A DNA stretch of 64,000 nucleotides from an uncultured Myxococcales bacterium. Lineage in GTDB: Bacteria > Myxococcota_A > UBA9042. Made by a program: the position numbers and the translations under genes. The DNA is taken from the NCBI GenBank assembly GCA_903924465.1, contig CAIYBN010000039.1, forward strand, positions 14,256 to 78,255. Direction: 5' to 3'. Below, in pieces: positions 19,125 through 28,119 of the stretch (positions within the stretch are counted from its first letter, which is position 1; each line of letters begins with the position of its first letter). The notes below the pieces were generated by a model. It ran no database searches. It was given only the letters and a program-made list of their open reading frames with translations, and was not told the DNA's origin.

Positions 19125-19242
19125 ATGACATGACTCTCGATTCGAGTTTTGCCAAGATCGTCACGACCTTCGCCATAGCGCTCTGTTGCGCACGCGGCAC
19201 GGACCGAATGGCTGGACTCGCGGAAGCGGCGAATTCAGCGGC

Positions 19243-19336
19243 GACTGCCATCACCGGTCCGCCCGGCTGCGGCGACGGCAAGTGCACCATGTCCAAAGAG
19301 AACAGCAACAACCGCGGCACCGATTGCGTTCTGTGA
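19243..19336 (+). pseudogene. Short remnant of a CGDGxC repeat
   Basis: PPGCGDGKCTMSKENSNNRGTDC resembles CGDGVCNSLGGETSATCPADC in the 14169 gene, with one Cys lost. Confidence 0.4.
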
Positions 19337-19357
19337 CGGCGACGTGGAGAGGATTCC

Positions 19358-20335
19358 ATGAACTATTTCCGATCTGTGTCCCTACCTCTTGTCGCTTTCG
19401 TGTTGTTCGCGACGGGTTGCATCGCACCCGCGACACCGGTCGAAGTCGACGCGGCTGACGCTGCCCCCTCGGATAGCGTGATTGGCGCGGATGACGCGGA
19501 CGCACTGCTCACGGATGCGCCGGCCGACGCCGCGGTGCTCTGCCAGCAACCGCTGAGCGCGATGCCGGCAAACGTGCCGACTACCGTCGCTTCGGCCAAG
19601 TTGGCGGCGCAAGCCGGCTGCGGTAGCTCGCCAAAGTCGGCCGTCTCGGTTGCGTGCCCGGACGGTGGCATCGTGGTCAGCGTGGCAACGGGATTCAGTA
19701 GCCAAACGTGGTGGTTTGCCGCGGACGGCACGCTCATCGGCTTTGGCAATATGATCGACGTGAGCAACGACGGCTGCTTTTTCCGCATGTACGGTCAAAC
19801 CGGCACGTGCACCAACGCGCCTTCCAGTGACCCCGCAAGCACCGGCTTGTGCCCGCCTGTCGACACGACCGACAGTAACGACACCAGCCCCGACGCCACC
19901 GCGCTTTGCGTCGACTCCACGCCGGTCTTCCCCGCGACGGACGTCTCACCGGCCGGCTGCGATCCCGCCAAGCTCGCCGCCATCCTCGCGAACAACGCTT
20001 GGGTCGATCCACCTGGCGGCATGTCCAGCGCCCCGCCGCCCGTTTCGTGCAGCACCTGCGAACCGCTTATCGACGACCACTGCGCGTCCGCGTGCGATTG
20101 CAAGGCGGTTTGGGAAATGGGCTTCACAGTCGCGATTTGCGGTTTGAAATACCTGCCGGCAAATGTTTCAGTGCCCTGGCTTGAATGGGAACAACGTGTG
20201 CCCGGAGCGACTGGCGCTTGTGTGGTGCCGCTCTCGACGTGCGCGGGAGGATTCTCGCCATCCTTCACGACAGTTGCGTCCGGCCTGGACTGCGTCAAAG
20301 GCCACTGCGTGATCGTTCCGATCGGCGGACCCTGA
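19358..20335 (+). CDS. Hypothetical Cys-rich lipoprotein
   Basis: GGAGAGGA RBS; signal ending FATGC; DAADAA linker; shares a motif with the 15830 protein (WWFAADGTLIGF vs WYFTQSGVLVGY). Confidence 0.75.
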   Translation: MNYFRSVSLPLVAFVLFATGCIAPATPVEVDAADAAPSDSVIGADDADALLTDAPADAAVLCQQPLSAMPANVPTTVASAKLAAQAGCGSSPKSAVSVACPDGGIVVSVATGFSSQTWWFAADGTLIGFGNMIDVSNDGCFFRMYGQTGTCTNAPSSDPASTGLCPPVDTTDSNDTSPDATALCVDSTPVFPATDVSPAGCDPAKLAAILANNAWVDPPGGMSSAPPPVSCSTCEPLIDDHCASACDCKAVWEMGFTVAICGLKYLPANVSVPWLEWEQRVPGATGACVVPLSTCAGGFSPSFTTVASGLDCVKGHCVIVPIGGP

Positions 20336-20651
20336 GAGGTGGCTCGACAATCCTTCGAGGTGAAAGGTGGAGGCGGCGAATGGCGAAGAAAGCCCCCATC
20401 GAAACGTCCATCAGCTGCCATCGCCGCGAATCAGCGCATCCCACCGCCGCGTGCTGTCACAAGCAGCCGGCGATGCCTTTGGCGTCGTGCCTCAGTGCCG
20501 GCCGACCAACGAAAGGTCATAGTCTCCGAGTCCATCCTCGGCGCGGGCACGAACCTCGGGAGCGCGCGAACCAGTGCGTGTCTTGAGCTACTGGCGGAGA
20601 TTTCGCGCGAAAAGCGCGCAGATCAGCCGAAGTTGTTACGGAAGGCCATGG

Positions 20652-21248
20652 CTAAGGCGGACAGACCGTGACTCCGCCGCAGATTTCACAGCTTGTCACC
20701 ATTTTGTACAAATCGTCCGGACAAGTGTTTTTCCCCGCGGCAGCCTCACACCGCGCGCTGCTCGCGCCAGCTGATCCGAAGTGGCAGACCTCCCAGCCAC
20801 ACGGGATGCAATCACTTGGAAAACCGCAGCACCGGTCAGAGTTTGGGTCGCAGGCGGCAGTTTCCGTCAGCTCCGCGGCGTCGTAACACCAGTGCGTCGG
20901 TGGCGCCCAGCAGGTGCCATTGCCCGTTGGATCGGCAAGGCCCGATGGCCGATCGGCCTCGCAGACGGGTGACCACGGGGGGTCTGACCATGGCGGATTT
21001 GACTTCGGCGGGCACGTCACAACGATCCCTTCAGGCGCGTCAGCCTGCGTGGCCGACCATGTGTACGTACAGCCGTTCGCGCAGCGCACCGTGGGCTCTG
21101 CACCGTTCGGGCAGTGCGTGTCAAAGACGCCCTCGACCCTCGCCTGCCACGCCGCGCGCAGTTCGGGTGGTGCGGTAGAGTTGCACGCGCCCGCGACGAA
21201 ATGGACGATGGCGGCACAAATGGCGGTGATGCTCACGCGGCTCGACAT
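20652..21248 (-). CDS. Hypothetical small Cys-rich lipoprotein
   Basis: Signal ending VAGAC followed by a Cys/Trp/Pro-rich body; start uncertain (21248 or 21266). Confidence 0.6.
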   Translation of the reverse strand: MSSRVSITAICAAIVHFVAGACNSTAPPELRAAWQARVEGVFDTHCPNGAEPTVRCANGCTYTWSATQADAPEGIVVTCPPKSNPPWSDPPWSPVCEADRPSGLADPTGNGTCWAPPTHWCYDAAELTETAACDPNSDRCCGFPSDCIPCGWEVCHFGSAGASSARCEAAAGKNTCPDDLYKMVTSCEICGGVTVCPP

Positions 21249-21343
21249 GGCCAGAGTGTACCGCACTTTGCGCCGCTATGGCGACGGTTCGGCCCAGAAC
21301 CAGCCGCCGACGTTGATGCCGCCAAGCAGGAAGGTGTGACGGC

Positions 21344-23251
21344 TCACGGGCAGGAGCGGATGACCTGCACGTCGTCGATCAGGATTCCCAACGTGCCGTT
21401 GTTGCTGGCATCGACCGTGTCAAAATTCAACTGGAAGTTGGCGTTCGCAGTGCCCTTCAAGTTGCTGATGTCCAGCGCCACGATATTCCACGCCGAATAC
21501 AGCAGCCCGGCGGTCGCCTTGCTCCAGATCGTATTGAACTGGCCCAACAGCGAAAACGTGTCGAACGCCGGATCGCTTTCAATCGCGGGATAGATCTTGA
21601 ACTTCAGCGTCAACTTGGTGGCGTTTGGTAGCGCCGTTGAGAAAACCCAGGAGCCGCTGTTGATGCCGTTGGGTCCGAAGGCGTAGTTCTGCGTGACGGG
21701 GCTGCCATAGTACAACACGGAAACGCCGGACTGCGCCTTGCCGCTGCCATTCCACACCTGCCAACCGTTGCCGGGGCCGCCGTTGCCGCTGATGCCGCCG
21801 TGGGTGCTGCCGTCCTCAAAGTCGGCCGACCAGACGATGGGGTTGCAGCAATTCGGCCCGTCGATCGCCGCGTGCGCGCAGCTGCTCGGCGTGCCGGCAA
21901 CGCAGGTGTCGGTTGTGCACGGGTCCTTGTCGTCGCAGTCGGCATTGGTCGTGCAACAGGTCGTCGTGTGGATGCAGCCTTTGACCTTGTCGCAGCTGTC
22001 GATCGTGCAGCCATTGCCGTCATCGCAGCCGAGCGCCGTGGTCGTGCAGCCTTTGGTCGTGTCGCAGCCGTCGGTCGTGCATGCGTCGCCGTCGTTGCAC
22101 AGCTTGGTCGTGTAGCCCATGCCGTCGCCGTTGCATGTGCCGAAAGTCGTGCCGCTGCAGCTGAAGGTACCCGCCGCACACACCAGCTTCTGGCACGCGC
22201 CATCGACGCAAGTTTGTTGTTTGGCAGTGCAATCGTCGCTGGGCGATGCGCCCGTACCGCTGGCATTGCAGATCGCGACTTTGTTGTCGCTACACATTGC
22301 AGCGAATGGCTTGCAGATCGCGCTGATGCACTTGCCGGCGTCGCAAGCAAGCCCGATGCCACATTTTTGGTTATCATAGCCGGTGCCGTCGCTTTTGCAG
22401 GTCGCAAGCGTCTGCGGGTCGGCGCAGATCGCACTGCCCGCCTGACACGCCATCGGCACGCACTGGCCGCCGAGGCAAACGTTTTTGGCATTGCTGGTTG
22501 GGTCGCACAGGTCCGCCTGGCTGAGCGCGGTCCCAGTTGCGTCACACAGCACCACCTTCAAGGCGCCGTCGCAACTTTTTTGGTTGGGCGCGCAGATCAC
22601 CGGCTTGCAGGTGTTGTTCAAGCAAGTCTTGTCGCCGCCGCACTGGCTGGTGGTCCAGGCGGAACCGTCGGCGGCGCAGACAGTTAGGCTCGCGGACGAC
22701 GCGCATTTCGCCGTGCCAGGCTTGCAGACCATTGGCACGCAGACGGTTTCTTTGCAAGCCATGTTGGCGGGGCAATCCGGTGCGCTGACACACGCGACGC
22801 AGACGCCCAAGGACTTGTCGCAAACGCTGTCGGCTGGGCACCCCTTGGTCGTCTGGCACGGCGTCGGCGGCGCCAGGCATTTGTTCGCTTTGCAGCTTTG
22901 GCCCTTGGGGCAGTCGGTATCGCTCAAACAGGTGACGCAGACGCCGGCCTGCATGTCGCAGACCTGACCGCTGGCCTGACACTGCTTGTCGGAAGCGCAG
23001 GCCGTTTGCGGCACACAGGCGCCTGCAAGGCAGAGGTCCGTCGCGCCAGGGCAGTCGGACGAGACCGTGCAGGCGCCACCGGCCACGTCGCTCATGTTGC
23101 CAGTGTCGCTGGTGGGTGTGGCGTCCTCAGCGCTGTCGAAGACGCTGGATGTGTCGACAACACCTGGGCCAGTGATGGGATCATTGGCGCCACAGCTGGC
23201 AAGAAAAAGGGCGAAAACGATGCAAAATGGCGCGCTTCGTGAGCAATGCAT
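21344..23251 (-). CDS. Cys-rich repeat lipoprotein with a C-terminal beta-sandwich (MAM/adhesin-like) domain
   Basis: MHCSRSAPFCIVFALFLASCG lipobox; CVxCxSDxDC, C-x-PG-x3-C and CDDGNxCTxDxC repeats; C-terminal ADFEDG...W...GILIDDVQV. Confidence 0.8.
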   Translation of the reverse strand: MHCSRSAPFCIVFALFLASCGANDPITGPGVVDTSSVFDSAEDATPTSDTGNMSDVAGGACTVSSDCPGATDLCLAGACVPQTACASDKQCQASGQVCDMQAGVCVTCLSDTDCPKGQSCKANKCLAPPTPCQTTKGCPADSVCDKSLGVCVACVSAPDCPANMACKETVCVPMVCKPGTAKCASSASLTVCAADGSAWTTSQCGGDKTCLNNTCKPVICAPNQKSCDGALKVVLCDATGTALSQADLCDPTSNAKNVCLGGQCVPMACQAGSAICADPQTLATCKSDGTGYDNQKCGIGLACDAGKCISAICKPFAAMCSDNKVAICNASGTGASPSDDCTAKQQTCVDGACQKLVCAAGTFSCSGTTFGTCNGDGMGYTTKLCNDGDACTTDGCDTTKGCTTTALGCDDGNGCTIDSCDKVKGCIHTTTCCTTNADCDDKDPCTTDTCVAGTPSSCAHAAIDGPNCCNPIVWSADFEDGSTHGGISGNGGPGNGWQVWNGSGKAQSGVSVLYYGSPVTQNYAFGPNGINSGSWVFSTALPNATKLTLKFKIYPAIESDPAFDTFSLLGQFNTIWSKATAGLLYSAWNIVALDISNLKGTANANFQLNFDTVDASNNGTLGILIDDVQVIRSCP

Positions 23252-23580
23252 GGGTCCCCCGTGGCAGCTGTGGCGCCGGTCAGCGTGGCGCGACTTGCCG
23301 GGAGCGTACCAGATTCCAGCCAACGCGACAGTTCCTGCGTAAGCACCTGACCTCGACGGGTCATGGGAAAAACCGAACCGTTTGACAGTTGACAGCGACA
23401 CGCCAAGATTCGAGGCAGCTTGCCAGCACCGCTGCAACAACTGCCGATGGTGTTCGCGGTTCGACACGTGGGATGGCAAAAGGGTTTGGCGGCGAAGCGA
23501 CGTCGCACAATCCGGCAGACAGCGCAGACGGGACTGCAAGGGCGCCCGTCTTCGACGCCGTTGCCTGAAGGGGAGTCGCC

Positions 23581-24211
23581 ATGCGTGCTTTCGCTGTTCT
23601 CGCCGCTGTGGCACTTGGGGCTGCTTGTGGCAAATTTCCGCAAGTCGCGGGCGAAAACGCGGCAGTCGCGGCCGATTCAAGCACGGATGTCGCTGAATTT
23701 GACACAGCGACGGATGCAGCCACAGCAGATTCGGCCGCAACCGATGTCGCCGCCGACGTGCTCATTTGCACGGCGCCGACGCCAATCAAACTCGCCACGG
23801 GTCAATGCGTCGCATGCACCAACGACATCCATTGCGCCGCAAGCCAGGCGGGCAAGAAGTGCAACCTCGCCTCCAACGTCTGCGAAGCCGCGCCAGACAC
23901 GAGCTAGACATGCTGACCTATGTCCAACATCAAGTTCTTCCGGTCAGACCTGTTGCATGTCGGACTGGACCGCGAGCGTGCACCTTTGGTGGCACGCCGC
24001 GGATGAAAGCGGCTTGATCTCGAACTTCGGTCGGAGTGTATACATCTGCAAAACCTGCGTCGCTCCCTACCCAAGCTGCGTGCAAATCAACGAAACGTGG
24101 TCGTGCGTCGCGTGCGTGAGCGACGCGGATTGTGCGAGCAAGCAAACGCCGACCTACAGCCCTGTGACGTTGTCACAAGCGAATCAAATGTCCGCATCCA
24201 GTAGCACATGA
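23581..24211 (+). pseudogene. Disrupted Cys-rich lipoprotein gene (intact 108-aa 5' part 23581-23907, continuation in another frame)
   Basis: GGGGAG RBS, MRAFAVLAAVALGAACG, DAATADSAATD linker and CVACTNDIHC, then TAG. The downstream frame resumes CKTCVAPYPSCVQINETWSCVACVSDADC. Confidence 0.6.
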
Positions 24212-24512
24212 AATGTCCGCTTTTTGAGCCTGATGCACGCTGCACGCGGGAGGGGCGATGCAGTACAGCCAAGCAGCGGCGTACGAGGTGCGGAGATGGC
24301 ATGTGGAACGGCATGGCGGTTGCGGGTTTTGTGCACCCGATGCTGCGGCACGTGCGCCACGGGCGGGTTTGGGCATGCGGCTGTTTGAACGGGCGGAAAG
24401 CAGTTGGCCGACGGCGTGGGGTTATGCAAGTCCGGCGTGCCACTGGCTTGCTGGGAAGATGCGACGTGAGAGGTGTGCAGAACCGGCGCGGCGTCGTCCC
24501 GACTTGCCATTG

Positions 24513-24567
24513 GTGTAAAATACACAGCAAAGTCAACTTTGACAGGCTTCGCAGCCACGCGCATCAT
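24513..24567 (+). promoter_or_regulatory. Candidate sigma70 promoter with overlapping palindromic operators
   Basis: GTGTA-AAA-TACAC (24513-24525) and CAAAGT-CA-ACTTTG (24528-24541), the latter overlapping TTGACA-N17-CATCAT. Confidence 0.5.
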
Positions 24568-24739
24568 GGCGGAGTGCGCACTGCAGTGGGCACCATCGCT
24601 CGCTCAATGGCGCGCGGTGCGCGGATGGAGGCGACAGGGCAGGCGAGATGGCGGTTGGAAGTCCGACGCATGGCGTGAAGCGGCGCGGTTGGGTTCTGCG
24701 GTAATCAGGCTTTGGCGCGGCCGGCCGGGAGATTGAGGC

Positions 24740-26389
24740 ATGGAACGGTTCACCGAGGGCATGGCAGATCGCCCGGAGCCGGTCTACGACCTCCTCGTCA
24801 TCGGCGGCGGCATCACTGGGGCGGCCGTCGCCTACGACGCCGCCCGGCGTGGCCTCACCGTGGCCCTGGTCGAGAAGCAGGACTTCGGCTGCGCCACCTC
24901 CGCGGCCACGTCCAAGCTCATTCACGGCGGCTTCCGCTATCTTGCCAACCTCCAGTTCGGCGTCGTGCGCGAGTCGTTGCGAGAGCGGCGGATTCTGGAG
25001 GACATCGCACCGAACTTTGTGTACCCGCTCCCGTGCGTGCTGACCGCGTACGGCAACGGCAAGTTCGACCGGCCGGCGGCACTTCGCGTCGGAATGGGAT
25101 TGTACGATCTTCTCTCTTTTGACAAGAAGCGGACGCGCGACCCGGCCAAGGCTCTCCCCTCACATCGGATGGTGGACGCCGAGGAAGCGGCCCATCTGGA
25201 ACCTGTTATCAAGCCCAATGGCCTGCTCGGCGCCGCGCTTTACTGGGACTGCCAAAACATAGACCCAGAGAGGCTGTCGTTGGCGTTCATTCGCTCCGCG
25301 GTCAAGCATGGCGCGCAGGTGGCCAACTATGCCCGGGTCGAGCATTTTCTGGTCGAGGAAGGCCGGGTCCAGGGCGCCGTCGTTCGCGACATGTTGACCA
25401 ACCGGACCGTCGAGGTCAAAGCCGCACTCACCGTCAATAGCGCTGGGCCGTGGGCCGACCTGCTCCTCGGCCTCCTCCCCGGGCGCGCCAGCGGCAAGAA
25501 GCTGCGTCGTTCTGAGGGGATCCACCTCGTGGTCAAGAAACGGGTCGATCGTCACTTGGTCGGCGGGGTCGGTCGCACCGGCAGCCACTTCTTCATGATT
25601 CCCTGGCGCGGCCACACGCTGGTTGGCATCACAGACACGGAGTACCTGGGCGACCCGGACGACTACCGCGTGACCCGGACTGCGATGGAGGCGTTGCTCG
25701 ATGGGGTCAACAGCGCTTTTGTCGCCGAGCCAATCGTTCCGGCGGACGTCGTGCATGTTTTCGGCGGGCTGCGTCCGCTGGTGGACGACGGCACGGAGAA
25801 GGTTCGCGATGCGTCGCGTCGGCACGAGGTCCACGACAATGGCAAGGACGGTTTTGAGGGCCTATTGACGGTGACCGGCGGCAAATTTACCACCAGTCGT
25901 CACCTCGCCGACGCGGTCTTGAAGCGGGTCGGCAGCAAGCTCGGAAGGAAGCTGACGCCATGCTCAACCGCGGACGAGCGACTCGCGGGCTGCGAAATGG
26001 ACGACGTCGAGGCCTTCGTCGAGGGTGCCAAGCTGGCCAACCCGGGAATCGCGCCCCACACCATTGATTGGCTGGCCCGTCACTATGGCACGGACTACCC
26101 GGCCGTGCTCGAGCTCGGCCGCACGGACTCAACGCTTCTGGCGCCGCTGGACGCCGACGGTGAGATCGCTGCGCAGGCGCTGTACGCGGTTCACGCGGAG
26201 ATGGCTCGCACCCTGGCTGATGTGGTGCTCAGGCGGACTGGCTTCGGTACCCTCGGCTGGCCGGGCGACCAAGTCATCGGCCAAATCGCCGAAGTGACCG
26301 CGCGCGCGCTGGGTTGGGATCAGGCCCGCACCGAGCGGGAAGTCTTGCAGGTCCGAACCTTACTCACCCTTCCAACCTGGAACGCCTGA
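24740..26389 (+). CDS. FAD-dependent glycerol-3-phosphate dehydrogenase/oxidase family protein (GlpD-like)
   Basis: DLLVIGGGITG, TSAATSKLIHGGFRYL, GLRPL, SRRH, GGKFTTSR, DVVLRRT. Confidence 0.93.
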   Translation: MERFTEGMADRPEPVYDLLVIGGGITGAAVAYDAARRGLTVALVEKQDFGCATSAATSKLIHGGFRYLANLQFGVVRESLRERRILEDIAPNFVYPLPCVLTAYGNGKFDRPAALRVGMGLYDLLSFDKKRTRDPAKALPSHRMVDAEEAAHLEPVIKPNGLLGAALYWDCQNIDPERLSLAFIRSAVKHGAQVANYARVEHFLVEEGRVQGAVVRDMLTNRTVEVKAALTVNSAGPWADLLLGLLPGRASGKKLRRSEGIHLVVKKRVDRHLVGGVGRTGSHFFMIPWRGHTLVGITDTEYLGDPDDYRVTRTAMEALLDGVNSAFVAEPIVPADVVHVFGGLRPLVDDGTEKVRDASRRHEVHDNGKDGFEGLLTVTGGKFTTSRHLADAVLKRVGSKLGRKLTPCSTADERLAGCEMDDVEAFVEGAKLANPGIAPHTIDWLARHYGTDYPAVLELGRTDSTLLAPLDADGEIAAQALYAVHAEMARTLADVVLRRTGFGTLGWPGDQVIGQIAEVTARALGWDQARTEREVLQVRTLLTLPTWNA

Positions 26390-26403
26390 ACGGAGAATCG
26401 AAC

Positions 26404-28098
26404 ATGTCCTCGCCTCACGAGTTGCAGCCCAACTGGAGTAATGCCGTCGCAGCTCCCGATTCCTACCGATCGGTTTTCAAATACGCCCCGGACAAGTTCA
26501 AGCACCCCAGTCCCGGCTGGGTCGAGGTGTTCAAGTCGGAGTTCGCCATGACTGACGCGGACTTCCAGCAGCGCCGGTTGACCGGAGACGAGGCAGTGCA
26601 GGTGGAGCGAAAGTGCGCCCTCACTTCAGAGCAAATCGAGGCATTCGCCCAGATTGTCGGCCGCGACAACGTCGCCACTGACGACTACAGCCGGGCAAAG
26701 TACGGCACAGGCAAGGCGATGGACGAGGACATGGACCTGCGCGCCCACGTCGTCCGCGGCGCCGTCGATCTGGTCCTGCACCCCCGCAACACCCAGGACG
26801 TCATCCACATCGTCGCGTACTGCAACGCCGCGCGGATCGCCATCACCCCATATGGCGGCGGGTCGGGCTGTGTCGTCGGCAACCAGGCCGATCGCGGGGG
26901 CGTGGCAGTGGTGATGCGCACGCACATGAACAAGATCGTCAGGCTCGATGAGGAGAACCAGGTCTGCCACGTGCAGCCGGGCATGATGGGGCCGGACTAC
27001 GAGGGGGCGCTAAATCGCGCGCCGGAACTGTTCGGTGCCAAGCGTGCCTACACCTGCGGCCATTTTCCCCAGTCGTTCGAATTGGCGTCTGTGGGTGGCT
27101 GGATTACCGCCCTCGGTTCAGGCCAAGCCTCGACGTACTATGGTGACGCCTGCGACATCGTGCAAAGCCAAGAGTACGTCACGCCGGCGGGCATTATCAA
27201 GACCAGCGATATCCCGGCCAGCGCCGCCGGACCGAAAGTGAACGACATCCTCAAAGGCAATGAGGGGACCTTTGGCATTTTGGTCGACGTCGGGATGAAG
27301 ATCTTTCGCCACCGGCCAGAAAACACCCAGCGTTTTGCCTACATGTACCCGAATTGGCAGGCAGCAGTGGACGCCAGCCGCGAGATCGTCCAGGGCGAGT
27401 TCGGCAAACCCGCCGTCTTCCGCATCTCCGATCCTGAGGAAACTGAGCTGGGACTCAAACTCAAGGGCTTCGACGCCAGTTGGGGCAATTCCCTCCTACA
27501 GGCGTTTGGCCAGCAGCGCATGCAGCGCTGTCTGGGCGTGGGCACCGTCGAGGGCGAAAAGGGCTTCGCTGTCAACGTCAAGAAGAACGTATCGCGGATC
27601 GCACGGGCCCACGGCGCCTTGCCCCTGAGCGGTTGGGCCACCAAGCAGTGGGAGCACGGCCGCTACTCAGACGTTCACATGCGCGAGGACATGCTCGACT
27701 TCGGCATCCTGATCGACACGCTGGAGACCGGGGTTACCTGGGACAACCTGATGAATGTGCACCGGGGAGTTCGCGAATTCGTCAAGCAACGGCCCGGCAC
27801 GATCTGCATGACCCACGCCTCGCACTTCTATCCGCAGGGGACCAACCTCTACTTCATCCTCATCATGAAGCCAAAGGATCACGACGAGTTCAAGCGGTTC
27901 CGCGCCGATGTGGTTTCCAAGATCGTGGAGTTGGGCGGCTCGCTTAGTCACCATCACGGCGTGGGCCGACTTTTTGCCCCGTGGATGGAGCGTTCGCTCG
28001 GCCGGGAGCAGATGGAGGTGCTGAGGGCGCTCAAGCGTCACTTTGACCCCAACGATATCATGAACCCGGGCGCTATCTTTGGGCCCATGGCCGGATAG
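26404..28098 (+). CDS. FAD-binding oxidoreductase, alkyl-dihydroxyacetone-phosphate synthase-like
   Basis: PYGGGSG, GHFPQSFELASVGGW, GSGQASTYYG, GNEGTFG, SHHHGVG, DPNDIMNPG. Confidence 0.9.
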   Translation: MSSPHELQPNWSNAVAAPDSYRSVFKYAPDKFKHPSPGWVEVFKSEFAMTDADFQQRRLTGDEAVQVERKCALTSEQIEAFAQIVGRDNVATDDYSRAKYGTGKAMDEDMDLRAHVVRGAVDLVLHPRNTQDVIHIVAYCNAARIAITPYGGGSGCVVGNQADRGGVAVVMRTHMNKIVRLDEENQVCHVQPGMMGPDYEGALNRAPELFGAKRAYTCGHFPQSFELASVGGWITALGSGQASTYYGDACDIVQSQEYVTPAGIIKTSDIPASAAGPKVNDILKGNEGTFGILVDVGMKIFRHRPENTQRFAYMYPNWQAAVDASREIVQGEFGKPAVFRISDPEETELGLKLKGFDASWGNSLLQAFGQQRMQRCLGVGTVEGEKGFAVNVKKNVSRIARAHGALPLSGWATKQWEHGRYSDVHMREDMLDFGILIDTLETGVTWDNLMNVHRGVREFVKQRPGTICMTHASHFYPQGTNLYFILIMKPKDHDEFKRFRADVVSKIVELGGSLSHHHGVGRLFAPWMERSLGREQMEVLRALKRHFDPNDIMNPGAIFGPMAG

Positions 28099-28119
28099 CT
28101 GGTCCCTCTGGAGCCGCGC

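Noticed and set aside
20339-20671. 110-aa ORF with a faint sigma-region-4-like stretch (PADQRKVIV)
   Set aside because: Similarity too weak, and the rest looks non-coding.
14169-24211. Integron cassette array interpretation of the lipoprotein cluster
   Set aside because: No repeated attC-like intergenic elements seen, no integrase, mixed orientations, and genes have their own promoter signals.
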